A stretch of DNA of 64,000 nt from Candidatus Azambacteria bacterium (GCA_016234725.1 JACRAK010000012.1:10619-74618), one strand, 5' to 3'. Positions 37,380 through 47,246 are shown, numbered from the stretch's first letter. Notes: generated by a model from the letters alone, not told the origin. Made by a program: numbers and translations.

Positions 37380-37841
37380 CTACTCAATCTTAAGGATGAT
37401 GATGGCTTTTCTTTTTCCTCCAACCTTGCCTTCTCTGGCATCGTTAATCATAGCTCCTACTAATAAACGAGCAAGAGGAGCATTGTAAGAAATGGTGTTT
37501 TTTTGATCGTGAAAGATCATAAAACTACCTATCCGGATGGTTTGAATCTTGCCAGTTTCCTCGTCTTGAAATGTTGCGCATTTCCCGATACTTACTTTTT
37601 CACTGCTTGTTTCCGGTGATACTACTTTTGCATTATTTCTTATCTTGATAAGTTCACGTAGCCTTGAAGACCACATGTATTGCTGACGCTCCCCATCCTC
37701 AAAAGCAAAATTATCATGGAATGTCTCCGCTCCTTCCTGACAGCTTTTCCCCATTTCTTGTCCTATTTCTTTTATCTTATCGCAAATTTGCTCGATTTGC
37801 TTATCTAAACCCTCAAAATCTTCTTTCAAAAAAAAGTACAT
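37380..37841 (-). CDS. Divergent GreA/GreB family factor
   Basis: Coiled coil with ETFHDNFAFE tip, VSIG, ISYNAPLARLLVGA; own SD and TTGACA promoter. Confidence 0.8.
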   Translation of the reverse strand: MYFFLKEDFEGLDKQIEQICDKIKEIGQEMGKSCQEGAETFHDNFAFEDGERQQYMWSSRLRELIKIRNNAKVVSPETSSEKVSIGKCATFQDEETGKIQTIRIGSFMIFHDQKNTISYNAPLARLLVGAMINDAREGKVGGKRKAIIILKIE

Positions 37842-37956
37842 GATCGCCTCCTTTATGTGTGACTAATTTTTTAAAGATCGTCTTACGTGCTACAATACCC
37901 CCAAACACCGAGGTCTGTCAATCATTAAAAACTGGAAAAGTTTATTAATACATCAT

Positions 37957-38082
37957 TTCATCGTAAAAAAGATCATGGAAGCTCATGGCGGCACCGTGTG
38001 GGCGGAATCGGAAGGCGAAGGCAAGGGCTCGCAGTTTTATGTTTCCATCCCGCTTGCGGCAGTGCAGACGGTGGTGAAGTAA
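37957..38082 (+). pseudogene. Orphan duplicate 3' end of the histidine kinase (33772-33866)
   Basis: FIVKKIMEAHGGTVWAESEGEGKGSQFYVSIPLAAVQTVVK*; differences are synonymous. Confidence 0.9.
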
Positions 38083-38147
38083 TAAAGGAGCACATGAAGT
38101 AATGAGGTCGTAGCAAAATGCACTCCTTTAAAGTATTATTCAAATAT

Positions 38148-38588
38148 ATGATTGAACAAAAAACTCATTTAGGTATTTATGGCGTGATACAGAGTGACAA
38201 TAATATTCTCTTAATAAAAAAGTCTCGCGGACCCTATAAGGGGAAGTTTGATTTGCCCGGCGGAAAGTTAGAACATGGAGAGGGTTTGTGTGATGGATTA
38301 GCGAGGGAGATCAATGAAGAAACGGGGCTCACAGCAAAGGATTTTAAATTGTACGATAACTACAGTGTTACCGTTGATTTTAACGATGGGAAAAAAGAAA
38401 TTAGTATGTATCATGTTGGGCTGATATATTTAGTTATCGTGGCGAGTATAGACGATATAAAAGAAACCACAGATGAAGAGGACTCATTGGGCTCGTTTTG
38501 GCATACAATTGCGAATTTAGATGTTGAACAACTTTCTCCTTTTGCAAAAATGGCGGTTAAGACTATAAGAAATGAACCGCAGAAATAA
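38148..38588 (+). CDS. Nudix hydrolase
   Basis: FDLPGGKLEHGEGLCDGLAREINEETGL. Confidence 0.9.
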   Translation: MIEQKTHLGIYGVIQSDNNILLIKKSRGPYKGKFDLPGGKLEHGEGLCDGLAREINEETGLTAKDFKLYDNYSVTVDFNDGKKEISMYHVGLIYLVIVASIDDIKETTDEEDSLGSFWHTIANLDVEQLSPFAKMAVKTIRNEPQK

Positions 38589-38606
38589 AAACGACTACAT
38601 AATTTT

Positions 38607-39158
38607 ATGAGTGATGTATCGCATACAATACATAAACCGTATCAATCTTTTTGGGTAGAGAAGTTCGAAGAAGAGAAGATAATGCTGAAGGAAATATTTG
38701 GCGATAAAACCATTGCTATTGAGCATATAGGAAGCACTTCAATCCCAGGGCTTTTATCGAAGCCGATAGTTGATATTGCGGTGATGATCGAGAATCCGGA
38801 AGACGCGGACTCCTTTACTGAACCTCTTGTTAATCTAGGATATAGATTTCATTCATCAAGCACCGAAAGATATTTCTATACCAAAGGCACTCCCATTGAA
38901 TATCATGTATCGATAGCGTATGCAGACCGAGGAGGTTTTTGGCCTCGGCAGATCTTGTTTCGAGATTATTTACGGACCAATCCGGAAGCTCGGGATGAGT
39001 ATGCAAGATTGAAAGAAAGATTGTTGCAGAAAGATCCGACCGGGAAAGGCGAATACTTGAGCGGCAAAACCGAATTTGTTCAAAAAATATTAGAAAGAGC
39101 GGGGTGGAAAGAGGGTCAGACATACAGAACAATGCTTCCTTTGCAAAAGAGGGTATAA
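38607..39158 (+). CDS. GrpB/UPF0157 family nucleotidyltransferase-fold protein
   Basis: IEHIGSTSIPGL.SKPIVDI, FRDYLR, Y..LK, Y..GK..F. Confidence 0.9.
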   Translation: MSDVSHTIHKPYQSFWVEKFEEEKIMLKEIFGDKTIAIEHIGSTSIPGLLSKPIVDIAVMIENPEDADSFTEPLVNLGYRFHSSSTERYFYTKGTPIEYHVSIAYADRGGFWPRQILFRDYLRTNPEARDEYARLKERLLQKDPTGKGEYLSGKTEFVQKILERAGWKEGQTYRTMLPLQKRV

Positions 39159-39175
39159 TAAGGTAGATTTTGAGT

Positions 39176-41035
39176 ATGAATATCTACCGGAAAATCGCGG
39201 ATGCGATGCAGGATCCATCTGTTTCTGCATTTGTTGAAGAAGAAAAGATCGGGCTTGCGGAGGTAAAGCATATAAAAGAAGCCATATCCCAAAAAGAGAA
39301 GCAGGAGGAGTTTTTGGATTTACCGGAAGGCGAGGATGCATATCCGTTTCTTACATATAAACATTCTATTAGGGATTTTCTAAGAGGGGAGTATGGATTT
39401 GATGAATTAGCGGAGGTGCCGAAAGGGGTGGATGCGGATTTCGCAATCCCGTGTTTTTCTATTGCGATGATAAAGGGAATAAAACCACAGGAGGCGGCGA
39501 TAGAAATTGCGGAAGCGATAAAAAAAGAATGTGCATTCATTGAGCGCGCGGAGGTTACCGGCGGATATGTGAATATATATGTAGACGCAAAAGCACTGGG
39601 GCAGGAAACGATAGTTTCGGTGGAAACGCTGAAGGAGCACTATGGCGCGTCTCGTGCGGGAAAGCGGGCGAAGGTGGTTATCGAATATTCCTCTCCGAAT
39701 GCGGCAAAGCCGATGAGCGTGGGGCATTTGCGCTCGACCATTATCGGCGAGTCGCTGAAAAAGATATATGAGGCGCAAGGATTTACAGTGATCGGCATCG
39801 ATCATGTCGGTGATTTTGGCACGCAATTTGGGAAATTGCTGTATGCGATATCGCAATGGAAAGATGACGATGCATTTGCGAAAGAGCCGGTGAAAGAAAT
39901 GCTGCGGTTGTATGTGAAATTCCATGAAGAAGCAAAGAGCGATCCCACGCTTGAAGATAAGGGAAGGGAAATGTTTCAGAAGCTGGAGGCGGGAGATGCC
40001 AAGCTTGCGCGCCAGTGGGCGGATCTGTGTGCGGTGAGCGCGGATGATTTTGAAAAGATCTATGCGATGCTCGGGGTGAAGATCGATCTTCTGCTCGGGG
40101 AAAGCTTTTATCAAAGCAGAATACCCGATGTGATCGCGCGGTGTTTGGAAAAAAATATCGCGGTGAAAAATGAAGACGGTTCGGTGGCGGTGAATTTTGC
40201 GGATGAAGAATTTCCGTCGTTTCTGCTTGCGAAAAAAGACGGGTCGTCGTTGTATGCGGCGCGCGATATTGCGGCGGCTGAATTCCGGCTTGAGCAGTTT
40301 GATCCCGTAAAGATCATCTATGTGGTGGGCGGGGAGCAAACGCTCCACTTTAGACAAGTATTTAAAACACTCGGACTCCTCGGGCATGATGCGGGAAAAT
40401 TCACGCACGACAGCTTCGGGCTTGTGTCGCTGCCGGAAGGGAAGATGTCGACGCGAGAAGGACGCGTGATATTTTTGGAAGATCTGATCAACGAATCAAT
40501 CGAGCGCGCGAGGAAGATCGTGGCCGAAAAAAACCCTGAGCTGACAGATGCGGAAAAGAAGGAGATCGCGGAAGCGGTGGGTATCGGCGCTATCATCTAC
40601 AATGATCTTTCGCAAAGCAGAGAAAAGAATATTCAATTCACGTGGGATCGGGCGCTCAGCATGGAAGGAAACAGTGCGCCGTATCTGCAGTATGCCTATG
40701 CACGCGCGATGAGTATTGTAAAGAAAGCGGGCGATGTTCCTGTATTTGTAAAAGAGCATATCGTTATCGAAGCGGAGCAGGAGCAAAAACTGGTGCGCAT
40801 GATCGCGCGGCTTCCCGAGGCGGTACAGCATGCGCAGGTGGCAGGCGCCCCGCATATCGTGGCGACATATCTCAATGCGCTCGTGCAGGAATTCAGCCGG
40901 TTTTATAACGAGTGCCCGGTGCTTACCGCAGAGGGCGCGACGAGGGAAACACGGCTTCACCTTGTGCGCGCGACCGCGCAGGTGATCAAAAATGGACTTT
41001 TCTTATTAGGAATCCGCACACTCGATCGGATGTGA
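39176..41035 (+). CDS. argS: Arginine-tRNA ligase
   Basis: EYSSPNAAKPMSVGHLRST, GDFGTQFG, KMSTREG, GNSAPYLQYAYAR. Confidence 0.97.
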   Translation: MNIYRKIADAMQDPSVSAFVEEEKIGLAEVKHIKEAISQKEKQEEFLDLPEGEDAYPFLTYKHSIRDFLRGEYGFDELAEVPKGVDADFAIPCFSIAMIKGIKPQEAAIEIAEAIKKECAFIERAEVTGGYVNIYVDAKALGQETIVSVETLKEHYGASRAGKRAKVVIEYSSPNAAKPMSVGHLRSTIIGESLKKIYEAQGFTVIGIDHVGDFGTQFGKLLYAISQWKDDDAFAKEPVKEMLRLYVKFHEEAKSDPTLEDKGREMFQKLEAGDAKLARQWADLCAVSADDFEKIYAMLGVKIDLLLGESFYQSRIPDVIARCLEKNIAVKNEDGSVAVNFADEEFPSFLLAKKDGSSLYAARDIAAAEFRLEQFDPVKIIYVVGGEQTLHFRQVFKTLGLLGHDAGKFTHDSFGLVSLPEGKMSTREGRVIFLEDLINESIERARKIVAEKNPELTDAEKKEIAEAVGIGAIIYNDLSQSREKNIQFTWDRALSMEGNSAPYLQYAYARAMSIVKKAGDVPVFVKEHIVIEAEQEQKLVRMIARLPEAVQHAQVAGAPHIVATYLNALVQEFSRFYNECPVLTAEGATRETRLHLVRATAQVIKNGLFLLGIRTLDRM

Positions 41036-41054
41036 TACAATATATAGAGGAATA

Positions 41055-41157
41055 AAGCACCTTTTTATCCTTTTCTCATCCGTTCACGCCTTCCATATTA
41101 TGCAAAAACAGGAAGGCTCCACTTCGGTTAAGAATCGGAAAGAATAAAAAGGTGCTT
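41055..41157. repeat. Structured inverted-repeat element, family B
   Basis: AAGCACCTTTTTAT/ATAAAAAGGTGCTT arms; core homologous to 55931-56048 in reverse orientation. Confidence 0.7.
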
Positions 41158-41175
41158 AACGTCGCTAAAAACACA

Positions 41176-41622
41176 GTGAATATCATAATCACCAAAAGCG
41201 CGGAGGAGACGAAGGCCGTGGCGAAGCTGTTCGCCGAGATGATCGCGCAGGAAAGGACGGCACAAGGCGCAGTGGTGGTGGCGCTTGAGGGTTCGCTCGG
41301 CGCAGGGAAGACCACGTTCGCGCAGGGGTTTGCTGAAGGGCTTGGCGTGAAAGAGAAAGTGAAGAGCCCGACATTCGTGCTCGTGCATGCGCACGCGCTG
41401 AAAAAGAAGATGCGGTTTAAGAATTTTTATCACGCTGATTGTTATCGTCTTGAGAGTGAAAAGGATGTGAGCGCGATCGGGCTTGATGAGGCGATGCGAG
41501 ACCCCGAGAATATCGTACTGGTGGAGTGGGCGCGGCGCATCAAAAAAGCGATGCCGAAAGATACGATACGTGTGACATTTAAATATATCAATGAACAAAC
41601 AAGAAAGATTAATTTTAATTGA
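41176..41622 (+). CDS. tsaE: tRNA threonylcarbamoyladenosine ATPase TsaE
   Basis: LEGSLGAGKTTF, SPTF, HADCYRL, VEW; start uncertain. Confidence 0.93.
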   Translation: MNIIITKSAEETKAVAKLFAEMIAQERTAQGAVVVALEGSLGAGKTTFAQGFAEGLGVKEKVKSPTFVLVHAHALKKKMRFKNFYHADCYRLESEKDVSAIGLDEAMRDPENIVLVEWARRIKKAMPKDTIRVTFKYINEQTRKINFN

Positions 41623-44134
41623 CGGAAACGCGCTCGTGCACCGCGCGTTTCACGCATTGCCGCCGCTCTCCCACGAAGGAGAGCCGACGAATGCCGTGTA
41701 TGGATTTACGAGCGTTTTGCTTAAGGTACTCCGCGAGCTGAAGCCCGATTACGTCATTGCGACGTTCGACTTGGCCGCGCCGACATTCCGCCATGAGGAA
41801 TTCGCCGAATACAAGGCGCACCGACCCAAGACCGCTGATGACCTCGTGGTGCAATTCCCGAAAGTGAAAGATATGGTGCGCGCATTTGATATTCCTATTT
41901 TTGAAAAAGAAGGTTTTGAAGCGGACGATCTTATCGGCACGATCGCTTTGCTTGCAAAACAGCACACGCCGCGGGTGAAAACCATTATTATCACCGGCGA
42001 TCTTGACACGCTCCAGCTCGTTGATGACGACACCGAGGTGTATACGCTCAAAAAAGGAATTTCAGATACGGTGGTGTATGATGAAAAAGCTGTGCGGGAG
42101 CGGTTTGGCATCGCGCCGTCGCAGATGAATGATTTCAAAGGGCTCAAAGGAGACCCGTCGGACAATATTCCCGGCGTGCCGGGCGTGGGGGAAAAGACCG
42201 CAACGCAACTATTGCAAGAGTACGGCTCGCTTGAAAATATATATGAAAACATCGGCGTGATGCCCGAAAAGGTGCGGGCAAAAATAGAGCCGTTCAAAGA
42301 CCAGGCGTTCTTTTCCAAAAGTTTGGCGACCATCAAGCGCGATGTGCCGATAGAGCTCGATATGGAAAAAGCGAAGTTCGGCGGGTATGACCAAGCAGGA
42401 ATAGAAGAAACGCTGAGAAAATACGGATTTGCAAGCTTGATCCCGCGGCTGGCGCTGCATCGAGCGCACCACGAAGAGATGGCGGTGAGCGGGCAAGCGC
42501 CGACGACAGTAGGGAGCGGGGACATCGGCAAGCTGGGCAAAGAAAAAATGATCGCATGCGCATGGGACGGCGCGCACGCGCAGGTAGCGACACAGGGCGG
42601 CGCGATATATCAGTGCGCGTTCGCAGACATAAAAAGCGTGCTTGAAGACGAGCGCGTGAAAAAGATCTGCTACGACAGCAAGCAGTTTATCAAAGCGTGC
42701 CGGAAAAAAGGCGTCGCGCCGCGCGGCATCGAGTTTGATATCATGCTCGCGGCGTATCTGTTGGCGCCGGGGGAGCGGGGGTATCCGCTTGAGCATATCG
42801 CCCATAAAGAAGATGTCGCCGCGCGGCCGCCGCTTTCTTTTTTTGCGCTGCGGGAGAAGCTGGACGACACATTGCGCGCAGAAGGGCTTGTGAAAGTGAT
42901 GTATGAAATAGAAATGCCGCTTGTGCCGGTGCTTGCCGAGATGGAGCGGGTGGGCGTGAAAATAGATGTGCGGGCGCTTGAGACGCTTTCTTTGCATCTT
43001 GAACAGGAAAAAAACGAGGCGACACAGCGCATTTTTGCGCACGCAGGGGAGGAGTTCAACCCTGATTCGCCCGCCCAGCTTTCAAAGATATTATTTGAAA
43101 AACTGAACATTGCGCTTCCGGCGCGCGCAAAGCGCGTGAAGTCGGGCCTTTACAGCACCAAGGCGGATGAGCTTGAAAAGATACGGGACGCGCACCCGCT
43201 TGTGGGCGAGATCATTCGGTATCGCGAAGTGGCGAAACTGAAAAGCACCTACGCGGACGCGTTGCGCGAAGCGGTGCATCCCGACACGGGACGAATACAC
43301 ACCATTTTTAACCAGACCGGCACGGCAACAGGGCGGCTGTCTTCATCGGACCCGAATATGCAGAACATTCCCCAGCGCGGGGAGTTTGCCGACGCCGTAC
43401 GTTCCGCGTTCGTTGCCGATGAGGGCTTCAGCTTTGTCGCGCTGGATTTTTCACAGATCGAATTGCGCATCATCGCGTCGCTTTCGGGCGATGAGAAAAT
43501 GATCCACATCTTTGAATCGGGCGGGGATATTCACCGAGCGACCGCCGCGGAGGTGAATCACGTGCCGCTTGAAGCTGTGACGAAAGAAATGCGCAACAGC
43601 GCAAAAGCGCTCAATTTCGGGATACTGTACGGGATGGGCCAGCGCGCATTTGCACAGACCGCGGGCATTGATATCAAGACCGCAAAACAATTCATCGAAG
43701 AATATTTCAAGAATTTTACCGGCGTTGCCGCATTTATAGAAAAAACAAAGGAACACGCAAAGAAATACGGTTTTGCGCAGACGCTTACGGGGCGGAAGCG
43801 GTGGCTGCCCGAGATACGCTCGCAAAACCCGATGATCCGCAACGGCGCCGAGCGCATGGCGCAGAACATGCCGACACAGGGCCTGCAGGCCGACATCATC
43901 AAGCTCGCGATGATACGCATTGCGCGTGAGGTGCTTGCGCCGCGGCACACTGACGATGTGCGCTTGCTGCTGCAGATACACGACGAATTAATTTTTGAGG
44001 TGAAGGATGATATAATCAAGGAGGTCGTGCCGATACTCCGGCACATCATGGAGTCCGTGTTTCCTTTGCGCGTGCCTATCCGTGTCGATGTGCACGCGGG
44101 CAAGCGGTGGGGGGCTCTTCACCCGTTTCTCTAA
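41591..44134 (+). CDS. polA: DNA polymerase I
   Basis: LIDGNALVHRAFHA, GDPSDNIPGV, TGRLSSSDPNMQNIP, DFSQIELR, QIHDEL. Confidence 0.98.
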   Translation: MNKQERLILIDGNALVHRAFHALPPLSHEGEPTNAVYGFTSVLLKVLRELKPDYVIATFDLAAPTFRHEEFAEYKAHRPKTADDLVVQFPKVKDMVRAFDIPIFEKEGFEADDLIGTIALLAKQHTPRVKTIIITGDLDTLQLVDDDTEVYTLKKGISDTVVYDEKAVRERFGIAPSQMNDFKGLKGDPSDNIPGVPGVGEKTATQLLQEYGSLENIYENIGVMPEKVRAKIEPFKDQAFFSKSLATIKRDVPIELDMEKAKFGGYDQAGIEETLRKYGFASLIPRLALHRAHHEEMAVSGQAPTTVGSGDIGKLGKEKMIACAWDGAHAQVATQGGAIYQCAFADIKSVLEDERVKKICYDSKQFIKACRKKGVAPRGIEFDIMLAAYLLAPGERGYPLEHIAHKEDVAARPPLSFFALREKLDDTLRAEGLVKVMYEIEMPLVPVLAEMERVGVKIDVRALETLSLHLEQEKNEATQRIFAHAGEEFNPDSPAQLSKILFEKLNIALPARAKRVKSGLYSTKADELEKIRDAHPLVGEIIRYREVAKLKSTYADALREAVHPDTGRIHTIFNQTGTATGRLSSSDPNMQNIPQRGEFADAVRSAFVADEGFSFVALDFSQIELRIIASLSGDEKMIHIFESGGDIHRATAAEVNHVPLEAVTKEMRNSAKALNFGILYGMGQRAFAQTAGIDIKTAKQFIEEYFKNFTGVAAFIEKTKEHAKKYGFAQTLTGRKRWLPEIRSQNPMIRNGAERMAQNMPTQGLQADIIKLAMIRIAREVLAPRHTDDVRLLLQIHDELIFEVKDDIIKEVVPILRHIMESVFPLRVPIRVDVHAGKRWGALHPFL

Positions 44135-44135
44135 C

Positions 44136-46268
44136 ATGGCGCTTTTCACTCACCACGATAAAAAAACAGCGGCACGGGAAACGCCAAGCGCGTTTCCCGT
44201 GTGGCGGACGGTGGCCGTCGGCTTGGTCGTCGTCGTGGCTTTTAATATCTTTTGGCTTGTTCCCGCGCTTCGCGACATGGAAGACAGGGTGCTTGCTCAT
44301 TTGCTTGAAACAGCGGAGAAGATCGAGATCGAAGCGAAAGAGATCGTTATCAGTCATCCAAAAAACCAGATCGATGAGCTTGCGCTCTTTGTGCTGCAAA
44401 AGCTGCGCGGCAATGTGACGCTCGATACGTTCGACGCGGGAGAGATCACGGCATTCTTGCAGGACAGGAACGAGGTGGTCGAGGTGTTTATCATCGATGC
44501 ATCAGGCATGGAAAAGGCGCGCGTATCGCATGGAAGAGTATTTGCGCCGCACGAACTCCGCAATGTCGCGGGAAGCGATTATTTTATCGAAGCACTCAAC
44601 GGGGGGTTTACCGCCCGCGCGTATCATTTGCCGCAGAAAGGCATTCCAAACATTCTCGCGTATGAACGCGTTGATGTGCCCGACCTCGGCACGTTCGTGT
44701 TCGGCGTGAATGTCGACATCCGCGATCGGCTGGAAGGGTTTTCGCAGAAGATCATGGAGGAAGAAGGGGAGCGCGTGTATATCGCCGATGATACCGGCGC
44801 GATCATCGACCACTATGCCCCGGAGCGGGTCGGCAATTCTTTGCTGCAGCTGGATTTCGTGAAGAAGGTGTTTGACGAGAGGGGAGGGGAAAAATATACG
44901 TATCAGTCCGGCGCGTATACCGACCGATCCGGCGAGAAAATGCAGGCGGTCGCGCTGTTGTTCGAGCCGATAAATTTCGTGATCGTTGCCGAAGAAGAAT
45001 ACGGGGAAGTGTGGCAAACATGGAACAAATTTCTCTTTTTTGCCATTGCGGGCCTGATCCTTTTTGTGCTGCTCGCGCTTGTGCTGACGCGGAGCACGCT
45101 TCGCGCGGTTGATTTTTCAAATCAGCTCATACGGGAAAAAGGAAGAACGGAGTCGGTGATCGCAAATCTCGAAACAGGCATCATCGAGTACAGCCCTGAT
45201 TTCCTCGTAACGCTTATGAATCCGAAAGCAGAGCAGATCCTCGGCGTTACAAAAGAAGATGCGCTCGGAGCCATTATCCATCCGAACATTATCCATAAAA
45301 ATCCGGCGCTCACGTCTCTGGCGCAGGTGCTGTACCCCATTCTCGCCGAGAACGTGCGGAAGGTCCGCCTTCAAAAAGGGATGCCTGATATCATTGAAAT
45401 GAGGTTGAGCAGGCCTTCCGAGATCGAGCTGCAGATCTCCACCATCCCTATTCGCGACGAGAAGAATAGCGTGGTGCGGTATTTGAAGGTGCTTCGCGAC
45501 GTATCGCGCGAGCAGGCGATCGCAAAGTCGAAGTCGGAATTCATTTCCGTTGCGGCGCATCAGCTGCGCACGCCGCTGTCGGCGATCAAGTGGGTCATGA
45601 AGCTCATGCTGGACCAGGACGCGGGGCCGATCACCCCTGAACAAAAAGACCTGTTGACGAAAGGGTATGAGTCCAATGAGCGGATGATCGAGCTGGTGAC
45701 CGACATGCTTGATGTTGCGCGCATTGAAGAAGGGAAGTTCGGATTTTCCTTTCAGCATACGAACCTCATCGCGCTGGTCCAGAAAGCGATGGATGCGTTC
45801 GTCGTAAAGGCGAAAGAAAAGAACATCATGCTCGTGTTTGAAAAGCCGGAAACGGCCTATTCGCTCAAGATCGATGCCGCGCGCATCGAGCTGGTGCTGC
45901 AGAATTTCATCGATAACGCGCTCAAATACACCCCCAATGACGGAACGATCACGGTAAGCATCACGGCAACCGGGAGATATGTAAAGATAAGCATTCGGGA
46001 CACGGGCATCGGCGTGCCCAAGGAGCAGGCGGTGCGCCTGTTCACGAAATTCTTCCGCGGGACGAACGCGGTGAAACGGCAAACGGAGGGAAGCGGGCTC
46101 GGGCTGTTTTTGGCAAAGAACATCGTGATGCGCCATGGGGGGAATGTTTCCGTGGAAACGGAAGAAGGGAAGGGCTCGGCATTCTCCTTTACATTGCCGC
46201 TGGACGAAGATAAGATTCCCGGAGAAGAGGGCAAGAACGAGGAATTCGTAAACGGACTCTCCACATGA
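44136..46268 (+). CDS. Sensor histidine kinase (Cache-like periplasmic region, PAS, HisKA, HATPase)
   Basis: Two TMs; AHQLRTPL, NALKYT, DTGIG, GSGLGL. Confidence 0.92.
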   Translation: MALFTHHDKKTAARETPSAFPVWRTVAVGLVVVVAFNIFWLVPALRDMEDRVLAHLLETAEKIEIEAKEIVISHPKNQIDELALFVLQKLRGNVTLDTFDAGEITAFLQDRNEVVEVFIIDASGMEKARVSHGRVFAPHELRNVAGSDYFIEALNGGFTARAYHLPQKGIPNILAYERVDVPDLGTFVFGVNVDIRDRLEGFSQKIMEEEGERVYIADDTGAIIDHYAPERVGNSLLQLDFVKKVFDERGGEKYTYQSGAYTDRSGEKMQAVALLFEPINFVIVAEEEYGEVWQTWNKFLFFAIAGLILFVLLALVLTRSTLRAVDFSNQLIREKGRTESVIANLETGIIEYSPDFLVTLMNPKAEQILGVTKEDALGAIIHPNIIHKNPALTSLAQVLYPILAENVRKVRLQKGMPDIIEMRLSRPSEIELQISTIPIRDEKNSVVRYLKVLRDVSREQAIAKSKSEFISVAAHQLRTPLSAIKWVMKLMLDQDAGPITPEQKDLLTKGYESNERMIELVTDMLDVARIEEGKFGFSFQHTNLIALVQKAMDAFVVKAKEKNIMLVFEKPETAYSLKIDAARIELVLQNFIDNALKYTPNDGTITVSITATGRYVKISIRDTGIGVPKEQAVRLFTKFFRGTNAVKRQTEGSGLGLFLAKNIVMRHGGNVSVETEEGKGSAFSFTLPLDEDKIPGEEGKNEEFVNGLST

Positions 46269-46516
46269 AAAAGAACGTAAAAAAGAAGGCGACAGCGATC
46301 ACCAAGGACGCGGTCATCGCCGACGTGGTGCGCAAACACCCGGAAGCCATTCCCGTCTTTTTGCGGTATGGGCTTCACTGCGTGGGGTGCGCGATGGCGC
46401 AATTTGATACGATCGCATCCGGCGCGCGTTCGCACGGCGTGAATCCCGAGTATATCGTGAAAGATCTTAATGCGCATATTGCGGCGATGCGGCGCGCGGA
46501 CCGGAAAAAGAAATAA
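46265..46516 (+). CDS. DUF1858 domain protein
   Basis: ITKD..IADVV..HPE, GLHCVGC, GARSHG. Confidence 0.85.
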   Translation: MKKNVKKKATAITKDAVIADVVRKHPEAIPVFLRYGLHCVGCAMAQFDTIASGARSHGVNPEYIVKDLNAHIAAMRRADRKKK

Positions 46517-46530
46517 TTTCTTGCACACAT

Positions 46531-47244
46531 ATGCTTTTTTTAGAAGTCAAAAATCTTTCAATAAAAATAGGGCGGGAGAAGGTGGTGGACAACGTCTCTT
46601 TTACGATAAAAAAAGGGGAAAATGTCGCGATCATCGGGCCCAATGGCGCAGGGAAAACCACGATGCTTCGCGCGCTCTTGGGAAGTGCACGGTATGAGGG
46701 AGAGGTGGTCTGGCACGAGAAGCCGATCATCGGGTATGTGCCGCAAAAGTTCGACTTTGATAAAACGGTCCCGTTTACGGTTGAGGAATTCTTTTTGGTA
46801 TATAGCAGGAAAAGCAAAGGGTTTTGGTTTCCGTCCTGCGCGGCGGTACGGGAGATCGAAAAATATTTGAAGTACGTGAAGGCCGAACATCTTCTTAAAA
46901 GAAATCTCGGAGAGATATCGCACGGCGAGCTTCAGCGGGTGCTTATCGCGCAGGCGATATTCGAGCGTCCGAACATTCTGTTATTGGACGAGCCGACCGC
47001 GAGCGTCGATGTGGAGGGGGAGCGCACGATCTACTATCTGGTAAAAGAGATGATAAAGGATTTTTCCTTGACCTCCATCATTATTTCGCATGATCTGCAC
47101 GTGGTGCATGATTTTGCCGACCGGGTCATCTGTTTGAATCGAAAAATGCTGTGCGAAGGCGCGCCGAACGCGGTGCTGAACAAGGAAAATCTCAGCGCGC
47201 TCTACGGCGGCGACGTCACACTATATAGGCATGAACACAAATAG
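46531..47244 (+). CDS. znuC: Zn/Mn ABC transporter ATPase
   Basis: GPNGAGKTT, GYVPQ, SHGELQR, LDEPT, SHDL. Confidence 0.88.
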   Translation: MLFLEVKNLSIKIGREKVVDNVSFTIKKGENVAIIGPNGAGKTTMLRALLGSARYEGEVVWHEKPIIGYVPQKFDFDKTVPFTVEEFFLVYSRKSKGFWFPSCAAVREIEKYLKYVKAEHLLKRNLGEISHGELQRVLIAQAIFERPNILLLDEPTASVDVEGERTIYYLVKEMIKDFSLTSIIISHDLHVVHDFADRVICLNRKMLCEGAPNAVLNKENLSALYGGDVTLYRHEHK

Positions 47245-47246
47245 AT

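Noticed and set aside
33772-38051. Kinase 3' duplicate as a DGR template/variable repeat pair
   Set aside because: Mismatches are synonymous and not confined to adenines of one copy, and there is no reverse transcriptase in the window.
39138-39158. CCTTTGCAAAAG shared by the GrpB 3' end and the kinase 3' end as another scar
   Set aside because: Only about 12 bp match, too short to separate from chance.
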